Shown: positions 1-12,000 of the stretch, piece after piece
How the letters are laid out: every line of letters begins with the position of its first letter
Numbering within the stretch: the first letter of the stretch is position 1
Origin: Octopus bimaculoides
Lineage: Eukaryota
Assembly (NCBI RefSeq): GCF_001194135.2
Contig: NC_069004.1
Span: forward strand, 19,926,774 to 19,966,927
Direction of reading: 5' to 3'
DNA: 40,154 bases
The notes under the pieces: generated by a model
Database searches by the model: none
Told to the model about the DNA's origin: nothing
The model's input: the letters and a program-made list of their open reading frames with translations, nothing else
Made by a program: the position numbers and the translations under genes

Positions 1-1931
1 GTCTTCATACTCTTAATTGCTTTATCTACCATGGTACTGTTGGGTCGACATTTGGCAGACTCTCTTTCTCCCATTCATTCTGTTTATTGAGCAATCTTTC
101 ATAGTGGCGTCTTCAAACCTCTCTCTTTGCAGCCTCGTTTAGTGCAAGTGTACCATCATCCATGCGGACACATTTCTCTCTCACACACTGTCTTGCAACA
201 CGAAATACCTCAAGTCTTTGGCCCTTACGGTGCAGAACATTGGCAATTTTTTTCTTATCTGCTTCCCCCCTGGCTAAACAAACCTGTCTCCTAACTTCCC
301 TTTTGGCAGTCAGATACGATTCCCTGCTACCACCATTCTTCCAGTCCTTCCAAGCCTGTTTCTTTTCCATAATAGCCCTGTCAACAACATTGCTCCACCA
401 TGACGTTATTTTGGGTCGAGAGGGGACTTTGCACCATCCACAGATCTGGTCAGTGGCCCTCAGCAGGTTGTCCCGTAGAAACCTCCAGTTGTCTTCTATA
501 TCATGTGAAGCTATATCCCCCTCTATTTTGTCAAAGGCTTTGAGTAATAAGTCTCTAAATCTCTGTCCATTCGCAGGATCTTTGAACTTCCAGACCTGTC
601 TCCTCCATGCTGGTTGTCTTCTGGGCAACCACTTAGCCATGATCCTGAAGTCACTAACTACTAGTCTATGTTTTAGGGTACATTCTTCGCCTGGGAAGGT
701 TTTGGCATTTATAAATAACCATCTTTCCCTTTTCCTGGTGAGGATGTAGTCAATTTGGCTAGTGTGTCTGCCAGAATAGTAGGTGACTAGGTGACTGGCA
801 GGTTTCTTGAAGTTAGTATTGCAAACCATAAGGTCATTTGCATCACAGAACTCCAGCAGCCTGGTTCCCTCCTCATTGCGGGAACAAAAACCATAGCCTC
901 CATTACGTCATGGAAGCCCCTGAATGTTGTCCAACATGACCATTGAAGTCACCAGCCAGAAAGAGAAGGTCCCTGTCATTCGTCGATGAGGTAGTCTGCA
1001 GGAGGGTGTCATAAAATCGGTCTTTCTGTCCATCAGGTAGCTCAGGCTGAGGGGCATAGGCCAAGATAATGGTTGCTAACCCNNNNNNNNNNNNNNNNNN
1101 NNNNNNNNNNNNNNNNNNNNNNNNNNNNNNNNNNNNNNNNNNNNNNNNNNNNNNNNNNNNNNNNNNNNNNNNNNNNNNNNNNNNNNNNNNNNNNNNNNNN
1201 NNNNNNNNNNNNNNNNNNNNNNNNNNNNNNNNNNNNNNNNNNNNNNNNNNNNNNNNNNNNNNNNNNNNNNNNNNNNNNNNNNNNNNNNNNNNNNNNNNNN
1301 NNNNNNNNNNNNNNNNNNNNNNNNNNNNNNNNNNNNNNNNNNNNTCTATGGGATATTCTATCTACCTCGATTACCTTATCCACCCATTTCTCTGCAAGAA
1401 GTATACCCATGCCCACCGACCCCGTTTGAGTTCCCTGCCCAGAAAATCTTGTACCTGTGTTCTTTGCCTGTGAGGAACCTAGCGGAACCTCATCTCCACC
1501 TTACTTCTTGGAGGCAGCAGATATCGACACATCTCCGTTCAAGCATCTCAACAATCTCACCAGACTTACCTTTCAGTGTGCCGACGTTGAGAGTGCCAAC
1601 TCTGAAGGTGTGGGAGGTATGGGCCCAGGAGATCCTGGGGCGGGGAACAGCAGTGTCATGTACCTGAAAAGAAAGCTCGCATTTTGCAGAATTCATAAAC
1701 AATCAGTAGCCTTCATTTCAACCTGCATCCACTACACTATCATATTTTGCATTATATGATCACTACCTTACATAGGAGATAAACCCTAAGTGAGGGTGGG
1801 GGAATGGCATGAAGCCTTTAGAAGTGTTCATGGGAGACAGCCAGGAACTTACAGTACTGGTGGAGAAGATAGGAACTTCCGGTACTGATGGAGAAAATAG
1901 GAACTTCCAGTACTGGTGGAGGGGGTGGGAG
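1..1931 (-). mobile_element. RTE-type LINE (family 1) copy A: 5' UTR, APE endonuclease and linker; runs off the window start; interrupted by an N-gap
   Basis: ORF 1490-1702 RVGTLNVGTLKG...DICCLQEVRWR (APE motifs I/II); 1342-1416 MGMGILLAEKWVDKVIEV; ORF 113-829 NTNFKK...SQIDYIL...HRLVVSDF (APE C-terminal motifs). Closely similar to 24750-25700. Confidence 0.93.
1843..1926 (-). repeat. 3 x 28-bp tandem repeat (aggaacttccagtactggtggagaa.at) in the RTE 5' UTR
   Basis: Units at 1843-1870, 1871-1898 and 1899-1926; the array runs toward the gap starting at 1932. Confidence 0.9.
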
Positions 1932-2951
1932 NNNNNNNNNNNNNNNNNNNNNNNNNNNNNNNNNNNNNNNNNNNNNNNNNNNNNNNNNNNNNNNNNNNNN
2001 NNNNNNNNNNNNNNNNNNNNNNNNNNNNNNNNNNNNNNNNNNNNNNNNNNNNNNNNNNNNNNNNNNNNNNNNNNNNNNNNNNNNNNNNNNNNNNNNNNNN
2101 NNNNNNNNNNNNNNNNNNNNNNNNNNNNNNNNNNNNNNNNNNNNNNNNNNNNNNNNNNNNNNNNNNNNNNNNNNNNNNNNNNNNNNNNNNNNNNNNNNNN
2201 NNNNNNNNNNNNNNNNNNNNNNNNNNNNNNNNNNNNNNNNNNCGGGTGCACTACTGGCATAGTGCTGCAAAGGTAGAAATATAGAATTGAGAAATAAGAG
2301 TTTTCGGTCAGCTAATCTATGAGAGAATTATAGAGATAAGTGACTGTGTGATAAAGAGAAAGGGAGAGAGAGAGAGAGAGAGAAAGAGAAGCCAAATTGA
2401 AGTTAAGTACATTTCCCAAAGGAATGTCATTTATTCCATATTACATACTAAGTTATGCAATGAAATTATTGTTCATTCACTGCCTCAGACATCCTGATTT
2501 GAATCACAATCAACTTAGAAGATAAACTGGCTATGCAGGATAAATTTACATCACTTCATGGACCTGTCAACAACATGCAAATAGTATAAATTTATATAAA
2601 TTTTGATCAACGAAACTCCAAGTATCTGTCAGGTAAGATTTAAGTCAATTGATCAAAATAAAATCAGTTAAATACTTATAATTCAAAACATACTCCACTC
2701 AGCAATAATTCAGTTATTATTATGACCTGTTTGGTGACATTGGTTATTAATTAACAACCAAGCCAGACAAGGTTAGTTTTGATAAAAACAGTAACAAAAT
2801 AGATAAAAATAAAGAATGTAAATTAACTACGAATGCATACTACTCTCTTATTCCTCTCTCCTTTTATATATGTATATACATTCACACACATACTTCACAT
2901 GCACTTAAACACAGACACACACATATCTAGTACTATTTTATATCCTTAAAA

Positions 2952-3132
2952 TGTTTGGATATATAATTTAATGAAGTGGAAGTAAAGTCAATGTCTTTCC
3001 AAAATGTACTTTTTATTTCTTCGCACCAAAAACACAAGATTCAAAAATTCTCTCTGATGTCATCAACAATATAACAATCTGACGAGTCCATCTTTTAAAC
3101 ACACACGTGTGTTAATGTCTATCACCACAACA
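2952..3132 (-). repeat. Putative 3' LTR of Gypsy-1
   Basis: Follows a purine-rich tract; the minus strand reads TGTTGTGG...CCAAACA with an internal AATAAA. No second LTR is available to confirm the boundaries. Confidence 0.4.
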
Positions 3133-3222
3133 TCTTCGTTTTGAGATTGACTTCTGTTGGAAGTGAATAATTTTTTTTTCTACACTACATCTACCTTTTT
3201 GAGATTTACTTCCATTTGAAAC

Positions 3223-6200
3223 TCAATATTTTTTTCCTTTTGGAACTACCACCAACAATTTTGTATGTTTTCTTTTTCTTGTACTGTTACACTTTGGTTC
3301 GATGATTTGTTGTAGAGTCAGCACATCAAAAATATCGTAGAGAACTTCCATGGGTACTTCTTTCCTCATAACCCTTTCTTCAGCAAACCATCTTTTCAGC
3401 TGATTTATGCGTCTTTTATGTTCCCATTTTGAACCTTTCACTATGTACATCATTTTACCGACTAGTTTTATTATTTTGCTGTCTTCTCAACCTTCTTTTC
3501 CATTTCTGTACACTCTTGTAGTGAAACTACCTATCGTCACTAGATACAAAACTACTATCGCCATTACATACAATCTTCTCATTTAAATATAAATAAATGC
3601 GAGCGTAGTAGAGAACCCATTCCTTGTCATCACGTGACTGATTATTATTCGAATCGGCAACTTCTTCGAACCGTTCCCGCCAGAACGCAAACTGACCAAT
3701 CACAGCCCCTAATAAGGTCACGTGATAGAGTATTAAACTGAAGCATTCGGGAGCCAATAATTCGCCTTAAATAGATCAACTCATACCCAACAAATTGGTC
3801 TCGGTCCAGTTTCTCTTAGAGACTGTTCCGTGTACCACATGACAGCAGCAGCAACAAATAGCCAGCGACCANNNNNNNNNNNNNNNNNNNNNNNNNNNNN
3901 NNNNNNNNNNNNNNNNNNNNNNNNNNNNNNNNNNNNNNNNNNNNNNNNNNNNNNNNNNNNNNNNNNNNNNNNNNNNNNNNNNNNNNNNNNNNNNNNNNNN
4001 NNNNNNNNNNNNNNNNNNNNNNNNNNNNNNNNNNNNNNNNNNNNNNNNNNNNNNNNNNNNNNNNNNNNNNNNNNNNNNNNNNNNNNNNNNNNNNNNNNNN
4101 NNNNNNNNNNNNNNNNNNNNNNNNNNNNNNNNNNNNNNNNNNNNNNNNNNNNNNNNNNNNNNNNNNNNNNNNNNNNNNNNNNNNNNNNNNNNNNNNNNNN
4201 NNNNNNNNNNNNNNNNNNNNNNNNNNNNNNNNNNNNNNNNNNNNNNNNNNNNNNNNNNNNNNNNNNNNNNNNNNNNNNNNNNNNNNNNNNNNNNNNNNNN
4301 NNNNNNNNNNNNNNNNNNNNNNNNNNNNNNNNNNNNNNNNNNNNNNNNNNNNNNNNNNNNNNNNNNNNNNNNNNNNNNNNNNNNNNNNNNNNNNNNNNNN
4401 NNNNNNNNNNNNNNNNNNNNNNNNNNNNNNNNNNNNNNNNNNNNNNNNNNNNNNNNNNNNNNNNNNNNNNNNNNNNNNNNNNNNNNNNNNNNNNNNNNNN
4501 NNNNNNNNNNNNNNNNNNNNNNNNNNNNNNNNNNNNNNNNNNNNNNNNNNNNNNNTCTGCTGTAATAATACACATACACATACATGTATCACTCACATAC
4601 ATACTTTTCTTTGTACGACGGCCTGTCTTTGATATTGTTCTTATATGTCGCATTCACACTCTCACACAGACATACATCTTTAACGCTACAATAAATATCT
4701 CTGTTATTCATCTAATACGGTTGTGGTCTTTCATTACTGGTCATCTATGTTATCGTAGCATAACATATCATGTATATCATCATTGATATATAATTGTGTG
4801 TTCGACCGTGTGACACGTTTAAATAAAAGGAGTCCTCTGTTTTTCCATTTGTCACCATTTCTCCTTTTTGAGTTCGCACGGTCGTCCCTTACACTCTGAA
4901 AGACACCTTAGCACCAGTTTTTAAATACTTGGTCATGTTTTGAGTGTTTTCCCTAGTTTTATTTTTCTTCCAGGTAATAACTTGCCAAAAACTGATCTAA
5001 TTTTTCTTGTTAACATCAGTTCGGCATGTGACTTGCCTCAAAAGGTATTAGGATTTCGCGTTACATGGTAAACTCAGGAATTGTGTCAATGCTACATCAT
5101 TCACTAACTCATTTCTGAATTTCTTTAGTGCCCTTTTGAATGTGTCCACAAAGCGTTCAGCTTGTCTATTCAATCTTGGATGATATGGAGGAGTAGAGAT
5201 ATATTCATTTGAGTACATCTTGTAAAAATTCTTAAATTCATTTGCCATAAATTGTGTACCGTTATCAGAGACTATGATATCTGGGACAGCATACCAAGCA
5301 AAAAGTTTGTGTAGAAATACCACTGTTACTGTGGAGGTCAGGTTTTCTACATGCATACATTTCTGGCCATTTTGTAAAGCTATTTACCGCTATTAGATAA
5401 TATAATCATTTTAATGGTCCTGCGAAGTCTGTGTAGTCTGGTCCACTGAATTTAGGTCTTAGGCCAATGTTGAAATTTTATGGGTAGTGATTTCACTGCA
5501 AGAGCACAACTTCTGCAGGATTTTATCAACTTCTCAATATCTAGATCCATTTTCGGCCAGTAAACATAACTCCTCATAAGCGACTTCATCCTAGAAATTC
5601 TTGGATGTTCAGTGTGTAAAGGCCTTTAACATTTGATTTTGTAGTGAGGCAGGCAGTACGACCCTCTGCGCATACATAAGCACATTATCACATATCAAAT
5701 ACAAATTCAAAACTATGTTACATCCAGCCACATGTATTTTTTTTAATTGTTTCTTCTGATCTCATTATTTTTTCATTTTTATGAGAAACTCGTCCATCTC
5801 TGCCTTAATTTTTATTTCCTCCAATGTCACAGGCACAATGTTGCACTACATATTTTTTATTTCATTTTCAGCTCCTAATGCTGTGTCCTCTAGTGCTTCA
5901 CTGTATTTAACTTTGACAAACCATCTGCATGTCCTGACTTTTTAGATGGTAAATATTCTATTTTGAAGTTATAATTCAGTAGGATCATCCCCCAGTGCTG
6001 AAATCTGTTGGCTGTATGTGAGGGGATACCCTTTTTTGATCCATAGATTGACAATAATGGGTGGTGGTCTGTCTGCAAATGGAACCTTCTTCCATGTATG
6101 AATTTATGGAATTTTTTTACCACAAATATGATGGTTAATGCTTCCTTTTCTATTTGACTGTAACTTTTCTTAGCCGACACTAATGAACGCATAGCATGAG

Positions 6201-7500
6201 CTACTGCTTTCAGGCTACCATCTTCATATTTGTATAAAATCACAGCTCCAATACCATTGTTACTAGCATCTGATGCCACTACTATTTCTAAATTCGGGTA
6301 AAAATGTGATAACGACAATTCTGATGTTAAGATGTTTTTAATTTCTTTAAAAGCTTTATGGCATTTGTCCGACCAATTCCACTTAACGTCTTTTTTAACA
6401 AGTTATTCAGGGGTGCTCTTAAATCATGCATATTCAGTATGTATACCTTGTAGTAATTTGTGAGCCCCAAAAATGCTTCTAACGTCTGGGGAGGTATATT
6501 TTTTATTGCACTCACCCAAGACAGGTCTGGTCTGTGTCAATTTTCATTGATAATCTGCCCTAGATATTTTATTCTTGGCATAAAATATTCACACTTTTCC
6601 TTGCTGAGGAATATTCTTTTATTTTTACGAATATCTTTTTAACATGCTCAACATGCTAACTCCAAGATTCACTTTTTATGAGTATGCTGTCAAGGTAAGC
6701 TATAGCGAAATCTGAACCTGCAAGCATAGTGTCCATAACTTGTTGGAAAATGCCAGGTGCTACCTTTATACCAAAAGGAAGTCGATTAAATATATACAAC
6801 CTTTTATAGGTATTTATTGACAATAATTTTGAACATTCCTCATCAACTTTTACCTGCAAGTATGCTTCAGATAGGACCAACTTTGAAAAAAATTTTCCTC
6901 CATTCAACTTTGTGAAAATTTCCTCTGGACTTGGTAATGAGTAATTATATGGTATCAAACATTCGTTTAAACCTGTTGAAAAATCAGCGCATACTCGGAT
7001 TTCATTATTTTTTTCTTGACACAAACTGACACCCATTTTGTGTGATCAATTTTTTCAATAATGCCAAGCTTTTCAAGTCTATCCAATTTTTCATTGACTT
7101 GTTGGTTTTGGTTTAAATACCAGTATAGCATTTTCTTTCACTTGAAACTTGACCTGTATTTTTGTGCACAGTCCCAATTCATCAGAAAAAACTTCCGGAA
7201 AAACTTTTTACAATTCTCTTTTTAAATCCTCCAACGCCTTATTTGGACTGGCAGAAGAACCATTCACATTTTTACAAAAAATATTTATGGGGAGGTCCTA
7301 TAAATATGACAAATAAATTTGTTATATTTTTCAACACAAGAACTTTTGCTTTCAAGGTTTTTCCACAATCACTTATGCAATTCTTGAAGTTTCCTTTAAT
7401 CTAGTTTTCCCTATTTTTCTCTATGTTTCGATGTTAATTATTGTGATATCACTGTCATTATCCAATTGTTACCTGGTATTCATATTCATTTTTATGGACA
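3223..7500 (-). pseudogene. Gypsy-1 pol (protease, RT, RNase H, integrase), frameshifted and split by an insertion at 3517-4893
   Basis: The ORF-track fragments listed for Gypsy-1; removing the insertion restores KTGAKVSFRVYRNGKEG*EDSKIIKLVGKMMYIVKG at the integrase C-terminus. Confidence 0.9.
3517..4893. mobile_element. Probable solo LTR inserted in Gypsy-1 integrase (684 N inside)
   Basis: TGTA...TACA termini; CTCT duplicated at 3513-3516 and 4894-4897; excision restores the host integrase frame. Confidence 0.85.
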
Positions 7501-8259
7501 CAAATTTTCTTTTCTGAGCTTTGCTTAAAATTTTTTGACAATACAGTCTTTCCAGAATTTTTTCTGTTTGAACCTTATTTTTCTTTTGTTATACAATGTA
7601 AGCTTTTATGTCTGATTATTCCACGCTCAAATCGTTTAGATTTTTAAAAGGACAGTTACTTTTAAAATGTAGCATGGATTTGGTCTTGACATTCGTTTTT
7701 CCTTTTTCTTATCCATTTCAGGTCGACACATATGTGCATGAGAGCAATCTTTTCTTCAATTTAATCTGCATCATGTCTTAAATTCATAATCCTCTGGCAT
7801 TCTTCAGCCACTGCCTGTAGAGTTAATTTTTGGTCCTGTTCTAATTTTGTTAATATACAGGAACATATATCAGCATCTTTACTTGCATTTAGCCCTTGAA
7901 CATAAATTGGACATTTGAACAAGTCCAGGGTTAATTCATTTAATTTGAATTTTTTACACTCTTGTTAACAACCACAGCATAGGTAACGAAATCTTCTAAA
8001 TTTAAACACTGCCAGTGAGTATTGAACAGGGAACTTCTTTCACTGAAAATTTTCGATAAAAAATTGATTCATCGAAACAAATCTCACCTGGTTTCTCCAG
8101 CTGAATATAATTACAATATTTTTCTTGTTTGGCAGGAGATAACTTTCTTAAAAGTAGTTGCACCTTCTTCTCATCATTCCAATTTTTACCATCTTCGTTG
8201 AAGATTTCTTTGTGTCTTCTAAAATATGCAGAAAAAGTAGTACCTTCTTCTGAGTTTCT

Positions 8260-8693
8260 TTCTCTTTTCATTTGTTCCAATCATTTTACTGCAGCCATGC
8301 TGGAGCACCACCTTTAGTTGAAAAAATCGACCCCAGGACGTATTCTTTGTAAGCCTAATACTTATTCTATCGGACTCTTTTGCTGAACCGCTAAGTTATG
8401 GGGACGTAAACACACCAACATCAGTTGTCAAGTGATGGTGGGGGGTCAAGCATAGACACACAAACATATACATACACATACACACACAAACATATACATA
8501 CACATACACACACATATATATACATATATATATATGACAGGCTTCTTTCAGTTTCTGCCTATCAAATTTACTTACAAGGCTTTGGTCGGCCTGAGGCTAT
8601 AGCAGAAGACATTTGCCCAAGTTGCGACACAGTGGAACTGAACCTAGAACCATGTGGTTGGTAGGCAAACCACTTAACACACAGCCACCCTCC
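8260..8693 (-). mobile_element. tRNA-derived SINE, full length, inserted in Gypsy-1 gag
   Basis: Head GGTGGCTGTGTGTTAAG (A-box-like) and GGTTCTAGGTTCAGTTCC (B-box-like), internal (CA/TA)n tract, shared 3' tail; gag resumes on both sides. Confidence 0.9.
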
Positions 8694-8817
8694 ACTTGAG
8701 TTTGCTATGCCATCTAGTGAGAACGAACCTGAAGAATTTTCACATTTCTTCAACATTAATTCCAGCAACTGTTGGTATTGTTGTTGATGTTGTTGTAACT
8801 GCTGTTGCATCAGTTGG

Positions 8818-9215
8818 TTTGCTAAATGCATGTTTCAGCATGACTGCGACGAAGATGCTAAACAGGGTGGGGGCAAGCACACAGCCCTAATTCATGCTGC
8901 TATGTATGGTGAATGCCTCCAAAGAAGAGCCATCAAATTAAATGACACCTTTCATATCCCCGTGAAGTGATTGGACGATCCTGTAGCTGTTGAAGAGAAA
9001 TCATGTCGATAGAGGAGCATTCTGATCAGAAACCGCACTGAGATTTGCGGTAAACCCTCTCAGTGATTTTCTGTGGTCTGTTTAGGACCTACCCGACAAT
9101 GCTTAAGAGTGAGATACCTTGATAATTATTATAGTCACTTTTGTCCCCTTATGCTGCAGTTGCTAATGTCTTGGAGGACTGTACCCTCCTCCCAGCACTG
9201 ACACAGTAGCTTCAG
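8818..9215 (-). mobile_element. RTE/BovB-like LINE (family 2) RT fragment with an internal deletion
   Basis: Minus-strand translation NNYQGISLLSIVG, SQCGF*SECSSIDMI, GCVLAPTLFSIFVAVMLKHAF. Confidence 0.85.
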
Positions 9216-9225
9216 AAAGTGCCTC

Positions 9226-9265
<40 letters not shown>

Positions 9266-9296
9266 CACACACACACACATATATATGTATGTATTG

Positions 9297-11572
9297 TCAT
9301 CATCATCATTTAACGTCCGTTGTCCATGCTGGCATGGGTTGGACTGTTTGACTCGGCTGGCAAGCTGGAAGGCTGCACCAGACTCCAGTCTGATTTGGCA
9401 TGGTTTTCTAAAGCTGGATGCCCTTCCTAATGCCAACCACTCCAAGAGTGTAATGGGTGTTTTTACATGCCATTTGCATTACACTGGGTGCTTTTACGTT
9501 GCACTGGCATGGGTGCCAATTTACATGACACCAGTACCTGCCAGATTGCGATTTTGCTCAGCATAATGCCAAAGGTCTCGGTCATTGCTTCCATGAAAGG
9601 AACTCAGCCACTTTGCCTTTATGAGGCCCAATGCTCTAAAGAAAAGTGTTCTTTACATGCAACCAGCATGGGTGCACTTGACTTGACTGGTCCTCTCAAG
9701 CATAGCACATCATCAAAGGTCTCGGTCATTAGTCATTGTCTCTGTGAGACTCAAAGTTTGAAGATCATGCTTCACTACCTCATCCCATGTCTTCCTGGGT
9801 CTACCTCTACCACATGTTCCCTCCACAGTTGGAGATCGGCACTTCTTTACACAGTTGTCCTCATCCATGTGCATCACATGACCATACCAGCACAGTTGTC
9901 TCTCTTGCACACCATATCTGATGCCTCTTATGCCTAACTTTTCTCTCAAGATACTTACACTCTGTCAAACATGCACACTGACATTGCACATCCAGCGAAG
10001 CATACTGGCTTCATTTATTTCGAACCTACACATGTCCTCGGTTGTCACAACCCATGTTTCACTGCCATGCAGCATAGCTATTTGCACTCAGGCATCAAAC
10101 AATCTACCTTCCACTCTAAGAGAAAGACCCTTTGTTGCCACCAGAGTTAGGAGCTCTCTGAACTTTGCCCAACCTATTCTTATTCTCACAGCTACGCTCT
10201 CAGAGCATCCACCTCCACTACTAACTTACCTAGATAATGGAAGCTATCTACTACCTCTAGCTTGTACCCCTGGCAGTTGATGGGGTCTATCTTCTGACCA
10301 TTTTCAGCACATTGTACCTGTCCACGCTCCACATACAAAAGCTAGTTTCCTTGTTAACCTTCCTCTGATATTGCTGCACTTCTTATGTATCCAAAGCTTA
10401 CATTGGGTGCATCTCATGGAGTTTCCACCTACACCTTTTCTACTGATCGAGCAGGGCCATCTACTTGAAGGGATTTGTGATTTGTCTGCCTTCCTACTTA
10501 CTAAGACTTTGGTTTTTGCTAGATTAACTCTAAGGCCCATCCATTCTAGACCTTGCTTCCATACCTGGAACATCTCTAGTTCAGGTAGTGATTTAGCTAT
10601 AAGAACAATGTCATCAGTCAAGAGGAGCTCCCAGGGGTGGCCTGTCTTAAATTCCTCTGATATTGCCTGGAGGACTATGATGAACTAAAGGGGGCTGAGC
10701 ACTGATCCTTAGTGAACCTCTACTTGTACTCTGAATTCTTCACCATACTCATTGCCAACCCTCACCTTACTGGTAGCATCCCTGTATATGGCTTGTACAG
10801 CTCTCACCAACCCTAATTTCCGCATTGACCACCAGATAAGGGATCAGGGGACCATGTTAAGAGCTTTCTCCAAGTCAACAAAGGCCAAGTACAGAGGTTT
10901 ATCTTTGGCTATGCATTTCTCCTGCAGCTAGCTTACCAAAAATATAGCATCAGTGGTGCTTCTCCCTGGCACAAAACCAAATTGCATGTCATCTAAACTA
11001 ACCATCTCCCTAATTAGTTGCACTATGACTCTTTCCATAACTTTCACATGATCCAGCAATTTGATACATCTGTAATTATTCTATCTAAGGCATCACCTTT
11101 ACTTTTGTAGCAGTTGATTATGGTGCAGCTACACCAGTCATGGGTATGACTCCTTCATGAACCACCTAATTTACAATACTGGTGACAAAACCATAAGCTA
11201 CACTGCCAGATATTTTAAGCATCATAGTGGTGTTTCCTGATGGGCCAGGGGCTAGCAATCCTTCTGGCAATCTGATACAGTTCCCTGCTACCCCCATTCT
11301 TCCAGACCTTCCAGGCCTGTTTCTTAACTCTAATGGCCCTGTCTACAGCATCATTCCACCACCACATTACTCTCGTCTGAATGGGACTTTGCACCAGCCA
11401 CAGATTTGGCCTGTGGCACTCAACAAGCTGTCCCTCAAAAATTCCCAGTTGCTCTCTATGTCACAAGTAGCTCTCCCTCCCTTTCATCAAATTTCTCAAT
11501 TAGGATACCCCTAAATCTCTGACCATATGAAGGGTCCTTAAACTTCCAAATCCTTCTTTTCCACATTGGTTT
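9297..11572 (-). mobile_element. RTE family 1 copy B: 5'-truncated, RT plus 3' UTR and (GAT)n tail
   Basis: ORFs 10304-10621 (DDIVLIAKS...GLRVNLAKTK) and 9713-9949 (QLCWYGHVMHM...RGRPRKTW); (CAT)n at 9297-9311 on the plus strand. Confidence 0.93.
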
Positions 11573-11584
11573 ACTTCTTACTAC

Positions 11585-11632
11585 GTATGTATTTATGTTC
11601 TGTATGTATGTATGTATCTAGCTATCTATCTG

Positions 11633-11725
<93 letters not shown>

Positions 11726-11830
11726 ATATGTTTACACTTATACATGCATATATAAAAAAGAATAAGTGCACCTACATACACACATACAAACATACATGTC
11801 TATACATTCACACACATATATCTGTGTGTA

Positions 11831-11886
<56 letters not shown>

Positions 11887-11995
11887 CATACATAAATATA
11901 TATACATACACACACATATATATACTGACACATACATATACATGCCCATATTAAAACAGAGGAGCACGATGACAAAAGCCCACACCCATACACAT
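11585..11995. repeat. Compound microsatellite (TATG/TATC/TA/CA)
   Basis: Visible directly in the sequence. Confidence 0.95.
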
Positions 11996-12000
11996 ACATG

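Larger units (their letters stand above)
2952..8818 (-). mobile_element. Ty3/Gypsy LTR retrotransposon remnant 1 (Mag-like), gag-PR-RT-RH-INT plus putative 3' LTR; 5' LTR not seen
   Basis: Gln-rich gag start; FSAYFRRHKEIF (8002-8280); degenerate protease QLDNDSDIT (about 7450); RT RVCADFSTGLN...IAYLD (6656-7036); RNase H VVASDASNNGIGAV...YSQIEKEAL (5890-6318); integrase IVSDNGTQF...QAERF (5048-5356). The PR-RT-RH-INT order indicates Gypsy. Confidence 0.93.

Noticed and set aside
162-749. 195-aa plus-strand ORF (and the similar 24996-25442 minus-strand ORF)
   Set aside because: Antisense shadow of the RTE ORF; I see no independent evidence of coding.
1843-1926. CRISPR-like 28-bp repeats
   Set aside because: The units are adjacent with no unique spacers, there are no cas genes, and the context is eukaryotic.
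3079-3089. CTGACGAGTCC hammerhead-like core
   Set aside because: No GGAC/GAAA partner follows downstream.
8600-8693. tRNA genes at the SINE heads
   Set aside because: A- and B-box-like motifs only, no complete cloverleaf, and they continue into SINE bodies.
8568-8831. Met at 8831 as the Gypsy gag start
   Set aside because: It lies in the RTE-2 fragment (MLKHAFS frame), and the ORF's C-terminal half is SINE sequence.
9226-9290. (GT)n-(TA)n-(AC)n fold-back
   Set aside because: A common self-complementary compound microsatellite, repeated elsewhere in the window.
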